Shown: positions 36,058 through 46,943 of the stretch, piece by piece
Position numbering within the stretch: position 1 is the stretch's first letter
How the letters are laid out: every line of letters starts with the position of its first letter
Origin: Candidatus Latescibacterota bacterium
Lineage (GTDB): Bacteria > Latescibacterota > UBA2968 > UBA8231
NCBI GenBank assembly: GCA_965243025.1
Contig: CBDETY010000003.1
Coordinates: 3,616,001-3,680,000, forward strand
DNA length: 64,000 nucleotides
Direction: 5' to 3'
Position numbers and translations under genes: made by a program
The notes under the pieces: model-generated
Told to the model about the DNA's origin: nothing
The model's database searches: none
Seen by the model: the letters and a program-made list of their open reading frames with translations, nothing else

Positions 36058-37955
36058 TGGATGACAAGGTGCGGACCGTGCGAGTCGTTCTCCGAAGGGG
36101 TTGCAAGATGATGGCGGTTTGTAGCTGTCGGACACGGCCGGTGCTGATATCGGCCGCGCTGGGGTTCCCGGCTCTCCTCCAGGCGGCGGAGATTTTCAGT
36201 ATCGGCGACGGGAACCTCGGCTGGTCGCGGGCGCGAGAGAGTTCATCGGGCGTTGCCGTTTCCGCCGATTCCGTCTGGCTCTGGTCCGTGCAGCCGCGCC
36301 AGAACATCGTTCCCACGCTTCAAGCGCGCCGAGGCCGGGTGCTCGCGGAAGTCGAAAGGCAAATCTTTCCTGGACAGTTCGGGCCTGCGCTCGCTGTCCG
36401 GCCCGGATTGTCCAACATGGTCGACGGCGATCCGGCGACCGTGTGGAACCCGGATGACGATGAGGAGGTGAGCCGCAGGGCACGACTTTACGTCGACCTG
36501 GGAGCGAGCTTCGGTGTCAACAGGATGCGCCTTTTCCCCCGCCTCGACGGGGAACATCGATCGCTTTTTCTCGGGCGTTTTCAGATCGGCGTCAATGACG
36601 GCACCGCCCCGGGGGCCATGTTGTCCCTGGCATACGATCCTGTTGCGCGGTTCGGGCAGTTCAGGGCCAACAAATCACCGGTCATCGACGTCAGCTTTCC
36701 GTCCCGCCCGGTCCGCTACATCCTGTTGGCGTCGGATGAGAGCGAGCCGTGGGAGCTCGCCGAGCTCGAAGTCTATTCTGACGGTACCCTGCCGAGAGGT
36801 GAGTTCGTATCGGACCCGTTCTTCATTCGCGGAGCCTTCCCGGTATGGGGGCAGGTGCTGGTCAACGGCGGTGACGCGGCGAGCTCGCCCGTAATCATCC
36901 AGACCCGCACAGGTCCGGATCCTGAGCCCGTCCATTACTTCATCAGACGCGGTGACGAGCACGAGAGAGCCACAAGAGACGGGTACTTCAACATATCGAA
37001 TTCCCCAGGGACCATCGAGATCGAACAGGGCCCTGTCCTTCCCAACCCCGGTTGGAGCCAGTGGGAGACAGTTGCAGACGGCATCATGCGCTCTCCCGGA
37101 CCGAGGCGGTACCTGCAGTTCAGACTGTTCCTCAGCACTCCCGGCTTCAGCGTGCGCCGGCTCGACTTCGAGTACGAATCGCTGCCGATCGCCGACGACC
37201 TGATTGCCGAGGTGAGTCCGGTTTCGGTTGAGGCGGGAGTGGAAACTCGATTTTCACTGTCACTGGAGGTGCAGGTCGACCAGCGCCGCGGAGATACCGG
37301 ATTCAGGCGCATGGAAGTGCTGACTCCGGCGCTCGTTCACCGGATTGCCGAGGTGCGGGTAAACGACCTTCCCGTGGTCCACACCGCGCGCATACGGCCC
37401 CATCGTGGATTCGACATCGACCTCTGGCGGCGCGTTGTCCAGGCCGGCAGCTTTGTGCAGATAGATTTCATGGCGACGGTATTCCGCGACGGCACGCTGT
37501 TCGACGTCCGGGCGAGCGACGTGCGGCCTGGAGCGGACGGCATTGAAGAAGTTTACCAGCCCGCGCGGGCCGGAGATGCCGATCCGGTTTCGCTCGGGGG
37601 TCAACTCCATGTGCGCACCCTTCAGAAAGACGCCGGTCTCGTTCAGCGTGTGTCACCGTTCAACGCCTTGTTTACGCCTGACGGCGATGGCGTGAACGAC
37701 GAATTCGAGGTGTCTTACAACCTGCTGAAAATCAGCCAAGCGCGACCGGTGTTGTTCGAGATTTTCGACCTGTCGGGAAACCTCGTCCGGTCAGGGTACG
37801 CGGGTAACGATGCCAGTGGTCGATTCACGCGAGTCTGGGACGGTCTCGACGAAAATGGGAACCGCGTGCCAGTCGGGGTTTACTATTTTCGGATCGAAGT
37901 CGAGACGGACGCAGTGACGGCGACAACGGGCGGCGTGGTGGGTGTAGCCTACTGA
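36057..37955 (+). CDS. Secreted protein with discoidin-like module and C-terminal FTPDGDGVND/FlgD-Ig domain
   Basis: MVDGDPATVW...VDLG...ELEVY; QTRTG; FTPDGDGVND...IFDLSG...WDGLDENG...GVY. Alternative start at 36108. Confidence 0.8.
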   Translation: MDDKVRTVRVVLRRGCKMMAVCSCRTRPVLISAALGFPALLQAAEIFSIGDGNLGWSRARESSSGVAVSADSVWLWSVQPRQNIVPTLQARRGRVLAEVERQIFPGQFGPALAVRPGLSNMVDGDPATVWNPDDDEEVSRRARLYVDLGASFGVNRMRLFPRLDGEHRSLFLGRFQIGVNDGTAPGAMLSLAYDPVARFGQFRANKSPVIDVSFPSRPVRYILLASDESEPWELAELEVYSDGTLPRGEFVSDPFFIRGAFPVWGQVLVNGGDAASSPVIIQTRTGPDPEPVHYFIRRGDEHERATRDGYFNISNSPGTIEIEQGPVLPNPGWSQWETVADGIMRSPGPRRYLQFRLFLSTPGFSVRRLDFEYESLPIADDLIAEVSPVSVEAGVETRFSLSLEVQVDQRRGDTGFRRMEVLTPALVHRIAEVRVNDLPVVHTARIRPHRGFDIDLWRRVVQAGSFVQIDFMATVFRDGTLFDVRASDVRPGADGIEEVYQPARAGDADPVSLGGQLHVRTLQKDAGLVQRVSPFNALFTPDGDGVNDEFEVSYNLLKISQARPVLFEIFDLSGNLVRSGYAGNDASGRFTRVWDGLDENGNRVPVGVYYFRIEVETDAVTATTGGVVGVAY

Positions 37956-38022
37956 TCGATAGTCCAACCTGGTTCGCGGAAAGTTGACCCTGTTGCGGTG
38001 ACCTGGTGGGACTGCCATTCCC

Positions 38023-39657
38023 CTACCCCAGGTCCAGCTCCACCTTCTCGATGCTGATCCCCTCGCCGCCTTCCTCGAGCTTCACCGTCAGCAGGTTCTC
38101 GCCGCTCGCCAGCGCCGCGCCGGCTACCGGATACACCAGCCAGCCCTCGTCGACCGCGGCCAGGCGCAGGCGGATGTTGTTGAAGCGGACCTCCAGGCGC
38201 CCGGCGGTCCCCCTCGACATCGCAACGGTGTAGAGGCCGTCCCCCCAGACGTAGGGATTGCGCCGGATCAGCCCGCTGCCGACCCGGTGTTCCTCCGGGC
38301 CGTCCTCGGCCTCGTCCGATGCCAGCAGGCGCAGCCGCGCCTCGCAACTGCCCAGGCTTTTCGCCGGTTCGCCGACGTACAGCTTGAAATAGGTCGCCCC
38401 CCTGCCGTGCCGCCCCAGCCGCGCCGGCAGCGGAGATAGCGCATTGGCATTCTGGAAGGCGTGGGTGACGGTAATCCCGTCCTCGGGGTAGCCAAACTCC
38501 CAGGGGGCCCCGCCGGAGCGCCGCTGCAGGGCGAAGGTCTTCTTCTTTCCCGCCAGCTTATCCGGATCATCCGCCTCCGACAGGAAGGTCCGGTTCGTGT
38601 CCCAGTCCTGCAGGTGGCAGGGGCTCACCGGCTTCGGGCGCAGTCCGGCCTCTTCCACGGCGCGGTCGTCGGAGCACCGGAAGTTGAAGACGGCGATGCC
38701 ATCGGCCCCCTGGCGCCACCACTTCGAGGCCAGTCCGCGCAGCACGGGCAGCGGCGTGCACTTGTACCCGTCCGACGAATGGTGGTTGTCGTGGCACGGG
38801 TACACCTTCACCCGATCCGAACCGGGGAGCCGCTTGAACGCGGCGATGTCGACGTCGAACGAGCGCGCCCCCGCGATCAGCAGATCGACCAGCCCTTCCC
38901 GCACCCAGGTCTCGATGTCGATGCCGTCGAAGCGGCACCCCTCGATGGACTCGGCGACGCGCGCCGCCAGCAGCAGCGGCCGCCCCCGTTCCACCGCCCA
39001 CCGCCGCATCATCATCTCGCGCACCTCGCGCATGAACCGGGTGAGCTCGCCGCGCAGCTCCCACTGGTGGCCGACCCGCAGGAAAGGGGCGCCCCGGGCG
39101 AAATCGAGCTGCAGCCCGTCGACGTCGTAGCCGGCCAGCTCGCCCAGCACCCCGAGCTGGAAAGCGCGCACCTCGGGGTTGGCGTAGTCGAGCTTCTTCA
39201 TGCTGACCTCGCCGTCCAGCCGCGGCAGCTCGAGCCGCGGCGGCTTCTCCGGATCCTCCTCGAAGTCGACGAGCCACTCCCTGCTGCCGCGCATCGGCGC
39301 CAGGTCGTAATTGGGGTCCTGGCCGGCGTTGACGCGGAACGACAGGAACACTTCGAGCCCGCGCTGCCGCGAAAGGGACACGACGTCCGGCAGGAAGTCG
39401 TTGCCGGCGTCGAGCCACTCCTTCAGGGCCGGGTAGTGGGGCAGGAACCTGCTCGGGTAGCAGGCCATGGCCCCGTCGACGTCCCACATCACCGAGTCGA
39501 AGCGGAACTCCTCCCACCGGGTGAAGTCGAGCACCACCTCGGCGAACTCCCGCGGGGGCAGCAGCGATGGCCGGTAGTTGAAGAAGGCCGGGTCGTTGTG
39601 GTTCAGCAGCCGGCGCGGGCGGGCCACGCAGTCCTCGTGCTCTTTTTCCAGATTCAT
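38023..39657 (-). CDS. Putative glycoside-hydrolase-like TIM-barrel protein
   Basis: LLNHND, SFRVN, LDYANPEVR, YDVDGLQLDF, GADGIAVFNF. Confidence 0.65.
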   Translation of the reverse strand: MNLEKEHEDCVARPRRLLNHNDPAFFNYRPSLLPPREFAEVVLDFTRWEEFRFDSVMWDVDGAMACYPSRFLPHYPALKEWLDAGNDFLPDVVSLSRQRGLEVFLSFRVNAGQDPNYDLAPMRGSREWLVDFEEDPEKPPRLELPRLDGEVSMKKLDYANPEVRAFQLGVLGELAGYDVDGLQLDFARGAPFLRVGHQWELRGELTRFMREVREMMMRRWAVERGRPLLLAARVAESIEGCRFDGIDIETWVREGLVDLLIAGARSFDVDIAAFKRLPGSDRVKVYPCHDNHHSSDGYKCTPLPVLRGLASKWWRQGADGIAVFNFRCSDDRAVEEAGLRPKPVSPCHLQDWDTNRTFLSEADDPDKLAGKKKTFALQRRSGGAPWEFGYPEDGITVTHAFQNANALSPLPARLGRHGRGATYFKLYVGEPAKSLGSCEARLRLLASDEAEDGPEEHRVGSGLIRRNPYVWGDGLYTVAMSRGTAGRLEVRFNNIRLRLAAVDEGWLVYPVAGAALASGENLLTVKLEEGGEGISIEKVELDLG

Positions 39658-39872
39658 CTTTTTGCCATGTCCTCGTCAGCTGCCGCGGTTGCGGCTCTGC
39701 CCGGGATTCTCCCCCGGTTTTTCATGCTTTCAGGCCTCTTTGCGACCTGGGTGGAAGTTACTGCCGACCTCTTCCGGAGTCTCCCGTTTCGCCGCCAGGA
39801 TGGAATTCAACCGCCGATGATACAACCTTAGTAACCCATGCTGTCCAAAGGGAGACGGATTCTTCCGGGAGA

Positions 39873-40958
39873 ATGAAAATGAAAGTCACCGGGATCGAAC
39901 GGATCGATATCGACATGCCCTACCAGGAGCAGGTCGTCGAGCACCTGCGCAGGGGCTGGGGCCTCGGCAACAGGGCCACGGACGAGGAGTTCGCCTCTGA
40001 GCGGGAGCGCTTCGAACGGGAATTCCGCGGCAGCGTGCCGCCGCGGGTGCGAACGGCGCTGTACCTCGTCCACACCGACGACGGCCTGACCGGACTCGGA
40101 GAAGGGGCGACCCTGGACGCGGATCAGCTCGCCGGGTACGAGGGCCGTTCCCCCTTCGAGTACATCAACGACGACGGCCCCGGCCCGCTGCAGATCGCCT
40201 TCTACGACCTCATGGGGCAGGCAGTCGGGCTGCCGCTGGCCCGTCTCCTCGGACCGGCGCGTGACACCGCCCCGCTCGCCTGGTGGTCGCACTGCTTCCC
40301 ACCCGAGGTGCTGCAGAAGGAGGCGGAGCGCGCCCTGGCCGCCGGCTACCGCGTCCACAAGTTCAAGCGCCGCGCCCACACCGACGTCGTCGAGCAGGTC
40401 GCCGCCATCGCCGAGGTTGCGCCCGAGGAGTACGAAATCACCGTCGACGCCAACCAGACCTTCGGCACTCTCGAGCGCGCCCTCGACATCGGGGGCCGGT
40501 TGCGGCGCTTCCCCCAGGTCCACTGCCTCGAGTCGCCGATCGACCAGGGGGATATCGACGGGTACCGCCGCCTCAAGGCCGAGCTCGGGTTCAAGCTCGC
40601 CCATCACATGGGCTCCCCGGAGGCGGTCGAGGCCCTGCACTCCGGGGCCTACGACTACTTCATCATCGGCGCCCAGGCCGCCGCGACGCAGCGCGACGCC
40701 CACGTCTGCGGGGCCCGCGACAAGCCGTTCTGGATGCAGCTCGGCAACGACGGCACCGGCATCTCGACGCTGTTCATGCTGCACCTTGCCGCGGCGATTC
40801 CCAACGCCGTTCTCGGGCACGTGTCGATGCAGCACCTGCACGAGGCTTCCATCCTGAACGAAGAGATCCTCGTCAGGGACGGGCAGGTGGCGATTCCCGC
40901 TGCTCCGGGACTCGGCGCAACCCTGAACATGGAGGTAGTCGATCGCTACCGGGTGTGA
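39873..40958 (+). CDS. Enolase-superfamily (mandelate racemase/muconate lactonizing) enzyme
   Basis: VHTDDGLTGLGE, IAFYDLMG, HKFK, VDAN, LESP, PGLG. Confidence 0.9.
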   Translation: MKMKVTGIERIDIDMPYQEQVVEHLRRGWGLGNRATDEEFASERERFEREFRGSVPPRVRTALYLVHTDDGLTGLGEGATLDADQLAGYEGRSPFEYINDDGPGPLQIAFYDLMGQAVGLPLARLLGPARDTAPLAWWSHCFPPEVLQKEAERALAAGYRVHKFKRRAHTDVVEQVAAIAEVAPEEYEITVDANQTFGTLERALDIGGRLRRFPQVHCLESPIDQGDIDGYRRLKAELGFKLAHHMGSPEAVEALHSGAYDYFIIGAQAAATQRDAHVCGARDKPFWMQLGNDGTGISTLFMLHLAAAIPNAVLGHVSMQHLHEASILNEEILVRDGQVAIPAAPGLGATLNMEVVDRYRV

Positions 40959-41018
40959 TCCGGGGCGGGGATCGTTCGGGGGCACGAAGGAAATTCTCGA
41001 GACCACAGGAGAGAAACG

Positions 41019-42161
41019 ATGAAGCACACCGTAATTCTGAGAGAAGAGGGCCGCTACAACTGCTTCCCGGTGCTGCACCAGCTCGCCGGAGGGCGGCTCG
41101 CCATCGGCTGCATCTCCTCCCCCGTGGGGGATCACATGGCGATGGCGGACTGGCCGGTGTTCGCGTCGTCGGACAACGGCGAGACCTGGGTCCGATCCGA
41201 CGACCCGGCCCTGCCGCCGAACTGGCCCGGCAGCACCCCCCGCGAGCAGTACGACCGCCTCTGCGGAGTCCTGCCGGACGGCACCTGGATGGCGGTCGCC
41301 TCGGTCGGGTACGAGTGCTGGGACCCGTCGCGCCGGGCCGAGGCCGAAGCCCGGGGGCTGGAGATCCACGAGGACGACATCGTGCGCGGGCTGCTCCCGG
41401 GAAAGCTGGTGGTGGCCGGCCACCGCCTGTCGGTGATCCGCTCCCGGGACCGGGGCGCCACCTGGGAGCGGCGCACCTGGACGGTGCCGGGGTACGCCTC
41501 CCTGACCGGCTTTCCGCGCGGCACCGTTCTCGAGGACGGAACCTGGCTGTTTCCGGTCTACACCCAGGGAAGCGACGGCGGGGACGGCCTCGTTTTCCGC
41601 TCGAGCGACAACGGAGAGACCTGGCGCCTGCACCGCTGCGTGCCAGGGGTGGGCAACGAATGGGCCCTGATCGAGGCGGCCCCCGGAAAGGTGCTGGGCC
41701 ACATACGCCACGCCTGCGGCTGGGGCAATCCCCCGCAGACCCGTATCTACTCCCTCGAGGTATGGTCGGAAGACGGCGGCGTCACCTGGACGCACCCGGT
41801 GGAGACCTCCTTCCAGGGGTACCCCAACCACCTGCTCAGGCTGAGGGACGGACGCATCCTCTGCACTTACGGGTACCGGCTGCAACCGATGGGAGTGCGC
41901 GCCCTGATCAGCGAGGACGGAGGCGCCACCTGGGACCTCGAGCACGAGTACGTACTGCGCGACGACGGGGGCACGGTGTCGAACGATTGGCCCGCGGAGA
42001 TGCGCGCCCGACCCGGGTTCGCTGCCGCGGACGTGGGCTACCCGGTCTCGGCCGAGCTCGACGACGGCAGGATCCTCACCGCCTACTACATCACCCCTGC
42101 CGACGGGACCACCCACGTGGCGGTGACCCACTGGCACCCGGACGAGGACCGGCCTGCCTGA
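41019..42161 (+). CDS. BNR/Asp-box repeat sialidase-family protein, no signal peptide
   Basis: Five Asp boxes (SSDNGETW twice, SRDRGATW, SEDGGVTW, SEDGGATW); DVGYP. Confidence 0.85.
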   Translation: MKHTVILREEGRYNCFPVLHQLAGGRLAIGCISSPVGDHMAMADWPVFASSDNGETWVRSDDPALPPNWPGSTPREQYDRLCGVLPDGTWMAVASVGYECWDPSRRAEAEARGLEIHEDDIVRGLLPGKLVVAGHRLSVIRSRDRGATWERRTWTVPGYASLTGFPRGTVLEDGTWLFPVYTQGSDGGDGLVFRSSDNGETWRLHRCVPGVGNEWALIEAAPGKVLGHIRHACGWGNPPQTRIYSLEVWSEDGGVTWTHPVETSFQGYPNHLLRLRDGRILCTYGYRLQPMGVRALISEDGGATWDLEHEYVLRDDGGTVSNDWPAEMRARPGFAAADVGYPVSAELDDGRILTAYYITPADGTTHVAVTHWHPDEDRPA

Positions 42162-42292
42162 CCCGAGAGCTCGCCGGCGCCGCCAACTTCTCGATCACTC
42201 CGATTGAGCCTGCTTCGCCTCCCCGCCTCGGTGCGGCCGGAGCCACAGGCTGTCGTGAAGCATCCTGAACCAGTCGTCCAAGGAAAACGACA

Positions 42293-43111
42293 TCAGGGTG
42301 TGACCAGGAGCTCCATGACCCGCTCGGCGTTGGCACCGATATGTGTGATGTCCCCTGCGAGCGACCCGTCCGGGCCTACCAGGAAGTTCCGGGGAAACCC
42401 CCTCACCGTCGAGACGGCCCGCCAACACTCCCTGACATCGTCGTCCGGGGGCACCAGTACCTGAGGCCAGGTCAAACCGTGCTCGGCGGCTGTAGCCACC
42501 CCTTTCTCCGCGTCGTCGTCGAAGTTGACGCCCACCAGCGCGAGGAGATCCGGATACCTTGCGGCGAGTTCCTTCAGCGCTGCAAACTCCGCGATGCATG
42601 GCGAGCAGCCGGTATGCCAGCAATGGAACAGCGCGTTCCTGCCCGAAAAATCCTCTGATCGCAGCCTTCCGCGCGTCGACTCGAGGTCGAACGCGTAGGG
42701 TTCACCAAGGTTGGGGAAGGGCAGCGTGCGGACCTCGGATGTGGCAGTCAGGTCACGAGCCCGCTGTCGCTTTGCAGCGACGGACAATCGTTCGATTCCC
42801 ACGCTCCATTCGCCGGTGAGCTGTAGTGCGGTGTCGGTGGAGTACTCGTTCAAAGACCCGAGCCGATTCCCCCCACCTCGCCTCAATGCGAGTTCGTAGC
42901 GCCTCCCGTCGCCATTGTGCACAACCGGCCTGAAGTCGCTGGTGATCTGCCCTGCCTCGCCGGGTGTAAAGAGGAAGACCCGGACTGCATCCTCCCCCTG
43001 CTGCAGTATGCACATGACACTACCCGACACAAAGGAGCTGGACCTGACCATCGGTCGGACGGCCCATTGCCAGGGGTGTTGAGCCGACCTGCTATCCACC
43101 AGTTCCTCCAT
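42293..43111 (-). CDS. Protein with C-terminal TlpA/thioredoxin-like domain
   Basis: ATG 43111 with GAGGTG; WHTGCSPC, VGVNFD, LTWPQ, GFPRNFLVGPDG; more AT-rich than neighbours. Confidence 0.7.
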   Translation of the reverse strand: MEELVDSRSAQHPWQWAVRPMVRSSSFVSGSVMCILQQGEDAVRVFLFTPGEAGQITSDFRPVVHNGDGRRYELALRRGGGNRLGSLNEYSTDTALQLTGEWSVGIERLSVAAKRQRARDLTATSEVRTLPFPNLGEPYAFDLESTRGRLRSEDFSGRNALFHCWHTGCSPCIAEFAALKELAARYPDLLALVGVNFDDDAEKGVATAAEHGLTWPQVLVPPDDDVRECWRAVSTVRGFPRNFLVGPDGSLAGDITHIGANAERVMELLVTP

Positions 43112-43373
43112 ATACACCTCTACCGGTCGGAAATTCTGAAGAGATCGCGAATGTGGGGCCAAGACCGCTGGCGAAAAGATGCACGGCCGGCCCAGCGATT
43201 GTTGCTCCGCCCAACATTTTCCCCAAAGCCAAGTCGTTTTCATCGACGAAGAACCGGAGACGCCATGCCTGCCGACTGCGGCTTGCCTGGACAACGGGAG
43301 CAGGTCGAGGTGTTGAGAAGCGACCTCCCAGCGACAGATCCGGTGCGGCGAATCCGTTGCCCGCGCCGCGCGG

Positions 43374-44648
43374 TCAGCGCAGGTACTCGTCCGGCCTGTC
43401 CGAGTCGGGCGGCCAGTACCCCTCCCGGGACTGGCGCCAGCGCCTGCCGCACATCTCGGTGAGAATCGTCCACTCGGCCGGCCCCGGGTCGGGATCGGGG
43501 TGGAACAGGAAGCGGTTCGCCCCGGCGGTTCGGGTCGCCCTCAGTATGCCCTCGAGGTCGCGCGCCGGCATGGCGTCGCCGGCATGGGGGCCGCGGCCTG
43601 TAGAAACCCAGAAAATCGTCTTGTCGGCATCCCCGATCGCCGCCAGGGCGCGCCTCGTCTCGTCGTGGACGAACTCGCTGAAGAACTCCTCGGGGAATCC
43701 CATCTCCAGGTCGTAGAGGGAACCGACGCCGGGCAGCTCGATTCCGAAGAGGGATTTCATCAGCAGGAAGGCGTCGTTCTCGGTAAGCGACGGGTTCCAC
43801 TCGACGAACTTCTGCACCCAGCGCTGCACCGTGCCGTAGAGCCCGTCGAAGCCGCGGTGCCAGTAGTAGTGCTTGGGGAAGATGTAGTCGAACCAGGGGG
43901 CCATCTGCTGATAATTCTGGCCGGTCAGCGAGGACCAGCTGGTGATGCGGGGAATGCCGCCGAGCTCGACGTGGCGGTCGACCTTGTCGAGGGTCTGGCG
44001 CGCCTGCTTCCAGGAGGCCAGGGATTTCGCCTGCCGGGCGCGCAGCCAGTAGAGCCCGTCCTCGTCGATGTCGAACAGGATCAGGCCTCCGAAGGTGCCG
44101 CCGTCGGCGTGGTAGCGCACCATGTCGGGGGTGAGGTTGTGGAAGCGGTTCCGCATGCCGGCGATGCCGCGCTCGAGCCGGTCGACGTCGAACCCCAGGC
44201 CGGAGAACTGCCCGCGCTCCCCGTCGCGGATCTCGAAGAGCTCGCCGCCGTGGTGCCAGGCGAGCTCGTAGTGGTTCTCGCCGGGGCCGTCGACGATGAC
44301 GCCCTGCACCTGGGGGTAGCGGTTGACGAGGCTCTGCACGTGGGCGGTGGTGCCGCTGTCGAAGACCATGACGTGCCAGCCGCGGGCGCGCGCGTCGTCG
44401 AGCATGGCGCTGAGCCCCTTCTCCTTCTCCTGGTCGCGCGGCGCCGGCTCGGGAGGGTCGAGTCCGAGGCCGGCGTAGGCCTTCGGGTCCTGCGGAAAGG
44501 CGGGGACCGTGGTGCCGTCCTCCTGCATGAAGTACATGCGGCCGACGACGATGCCGCGAACGCCGCCGTCTTCCCAGGCGTCGAAGATCTGCCTGTAGTC
44601 GGCCATGTAGCGCTCGAGCGGGTTGAAGACGAAGATCCAGCATTCCAT
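43374..44648 (-). CDS. Conserved hypothetical protein
   Basis: Long ORF with backbone-like codon bias; start at 44648 (AAGGA RBS) or 44681. Confidence 0.75.
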   Translation of the reverse strand: MECWIFVFNPLERYMADYRQIFDAWEDGGVRGIVVGRMYFMQEDGTTVPAFPQDPKAYAGLGLDPPEPAPRDQEKEKGLSAMLDDARARGWHVMVFDSGTTAHVQSLVNRYPQVQGVIVDGPGENHYELAWHHGGELFEIRDGERGQFSGLGFDVDRLERGIAGMRNRFHNLTPDMVRYHADGGTFGGLILFDIDEDGLYWLRARQAKSLASWKQARQTLDKVDRHVELGGIPRITSWSSLTGQNYQQMAPWFDYIFPKHYYWHRGFDGLYGTVQRWVQKFVEWNPSLTENDAFLLMKSLFGIELPGVGSLYDLEMGFPEEFFSEFVHDETRRALAAIGDADKTIFWVSTGRGPHAGDAMPARDLEGILRATRTAGANRFLFHPDPDPGPAEWTILTEMCGRRWRQSREGYWPPDSDRPDEYLR

Positions 44649-45305
44649 TGGGGAAGTTTCCTTGTTCCGGGGATCGTCCATAGTCGCCTCGCTTTCGAAG
44701 AATCGGTTTTATGCTTCGTCCCGGGTTGACCGCCGCTATCCCCCCGGGGACGCCGCGGAACGGCGGCGCCTGACAGCCCGTTGAAAACCCCATCCGGGCT
44801 GCGGCCAGCCCGGGCGGTCGCCTGGAGAGCAACTAAAATCAACGGGCGGCAAGGGATGCCGGGGTCATTCCCCGCCATCCGCCGGGCACCTCATATACTT
44901 TCTGCGGCGGCACTGATCAACCCTCGGCCTCCTTGTCGTCCCGTCGAGAGTTCGCACGACTCGCGAGGGGGAACGGCGCACGGCTCCGGCACCTCCCGCA
45001 TGTGAACGGCTGCCCGGATCCCGCCTCGGCGGCTTTTCCGGGGCGATCCGGGGCGCCTGCCCGGGGCTCGCAAAGAGAGCTGCTGCCCGGACCCCGCCTC
45101 GACAGCAGGACCCTGCGGATTGGATGCGCCCCCCGGGGACGTACGGGGAAATCCCGGGCCGGGAATGGACCCGGTTGCTCCGGTGTCGGAAACGCCGCGG
45201 GGAGGGCTATATTGAGGGCACGAATTCCCTGGCGGAAGGAGCTTTTTTCAGGCGGTGTCCGGGTTCGGGCGCATGGTCCATCCGCAAGGGGTTTCACTCC
45301 CGCCT

Positions 45306-46943
45306 ATGAGATTCGCCTCCTCCATCCCCCCGCCGCTGCTCCTCCTTCTGCCGATCCTCGCATCGACCGCGGCCCCCGCGGCCTCCGTCCCCCAGACCGG
45401 CTCCGCCGCTTCTGAAAGCAGCGAGGTCGTCCTCTCCGGGTTCGGGGAGGGGGGCATCCAGCTGCCGTACGAGGCCGAGTTCGTGGGCTCGGAGCGCTGC
45501 GCCGACTGCCATACAACCGAGGCGGGATTGCAGCCGCGCAGCAACATGTTCCTCACCGGGCAGCTGGTCACCGCCGACAACGTCGACACCTGGTTCTCTG
45601 CCGCGGCCCTCGAGCTTCCGGTCCGGTGGCCCGAGTGGGAGGCCTCCGAGGCTCCCCGTCCCCCGCATTACCGCCGCGACGGGGACGAAGTCCTGCTCGA
45701 GGGGCCGACGAGAGACGGCGGCCTGGCGCGGGCCCCCGTTCACGCCGTCTTCGGCTCGGGGCGCCACGCGATCACCCCGGTCACTCTCGAGCCCGGCAGG
45801 CGGAGCCGCGAGCTGCGGGTGACCTGGTCGTACGTCTTCGACAGCTGGATCATGACCCCGGGATCGACGCAGCACCCCGACCCGGTCGGGTACGTGCGCC
45901 CTCCCGAGGAGACCCGGATCTGCTTCGACTGCCACACCACCCGGGTGGTCTGGGAGGAGGAGGTCGATCCGGCCCGCTCGGTTTTCGGGGTCCACTGCGA
46001 GCGCTGCCACGGGCCCGGCAGCGCCCACGTCGACGCGGTGACGAGCGGCAGCGACTCGCTCTACATACTCAACCCGGGGCGCTTTCCCGCGGCGGCGCAG
46101 ACCGGGTTCTGCTCCCAGTGCCACCGGCGGGCAGGCGACATCGAGCCCCTGACCGCGATGAAGCGGGAAGCCAAACTCGCCCGCCACGCCGGGGCCGGCA
46201 CCATGCTCAGCGACTGCTTCCGCCTGTCGCCGCCCGAGGAGACCCTGAGCTGCCTCGATTGCCACGACCCGCACCGCAACGCCGACCCGGGGCGCGACGA
46301 CTACAACAGTTCCTGCCTGCGCTGCCACGCCGACCCGGAGAGCGACCACACCTCGGAGCCCGTCGACCTCTCCTCCGACTGCGTCTCCTGCCACATGCCG
46401 GTGCAGGAGAACGCCTTCGCCGGCATGGACTTCACCGACCACTGGATCCGGGTGCCGGACTCGCCGCCGCCGCTGGCCTCGCCTGAGAAGCAGGAGTACG
46501 CCGACTACCTCGAGGCGTCGTACCGCGAGGCCATGGCCATGCCCGGGCTCGGGCCGGAGCGCAGCTGCCGCTTCCGCATGCGCCTCGGGGAGCTGCTGTT
46601 CGGGATGGGCCGCCGGGACGAGGGGCTGGTCTGGATCGAGGAGGCCCTGAGCTTCGGACCCCTGCACCGCGACCGCATCGTCGCCGGCGAGCTGTTCGAA
46701 CGGGCGGGCCGGCAGGAGAAGGCGATCCCCATCTTCGCCGAGGCGATCCGCCTGGCCCCCGGCAACAACCGCGCCTACCACCACCTGGCGCGGCTGCACA
46801 TGCGGGCCGGCGACCTCCCCGCGGCCCGCGAGGTGTTCGCCGACTGGGAGAAAGCCCTTCCCGGCGACCCGCTGCTCGCCAGGATGCGCGCCGAGTTGCG
46901 CCGCCGCGCCAGGAACGACCACGGCAAGGCCCCCGGTCCCTAG
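45306..46943 (+). CDS. Multiheme c-type cytochrome (7 CxxCH) with C-terminal TPR-like repeats
   Basis: Signal peptide; CADCH, CFDCH, CERCH, CSQCH, CLDCH, CLRCH, CVSCH; AIRLAPGNNRAYHHLA. Confidence 0.9.
   Translation: MRFASSIPPPLLLLLPILASTAAPAASVPQTGSAASESSEVVLSGFGEGGIQLPYEAEFVGSERCADCHTTEAGLQPRSNMFLTGQLVTADNVDTWFSAAALELPVRWPEWEASEAPRPPHYRRDGDEVLLEGPTRDGGLARAPVHAVFGSGRHAITPVTLEPGRRSRELRVTWSYVFDSWIMTPGSTQHPDPVGYVRPPEETRICFDCHTTRVVWEEEVDPARSVFGVHCERCHGPGSAHVDAVTSGSDSLYILNPGRFPAAAQTGFCSQCHRRAGDIEPLTAMKREAKLARHAGAGTMLSDCFRLSPPEETLSCLDCHDPHRNADPGRDDYNSSCLRCHADPESDHTSEPVDLSSDCVSCHMPVQENAFAGMDFTDHWIRVPDSPPPLASPEKQEYADYLEASYREAMAMPGLGPERSCRFRMRLGELLFGMGRRDEGLVWIEEALSFGPLHRDRIVAGELFERAGRQEKAIPIFAEAIRLAPGNNRAYHHLARLHMRAGDLPAAREVFADWEKALPGDPLLARMRAELRRRARNDHGKAPGP

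Noticed and set aside
44772-45259. Possible degenerate IS ends or ncRNA in the long intergenic region (gacagcccgttgaaaa ... ttttttcaggcggtgtc)
   Set aside because: The inverted match is weak, there is no target duplication, and no RNA family was recognised.
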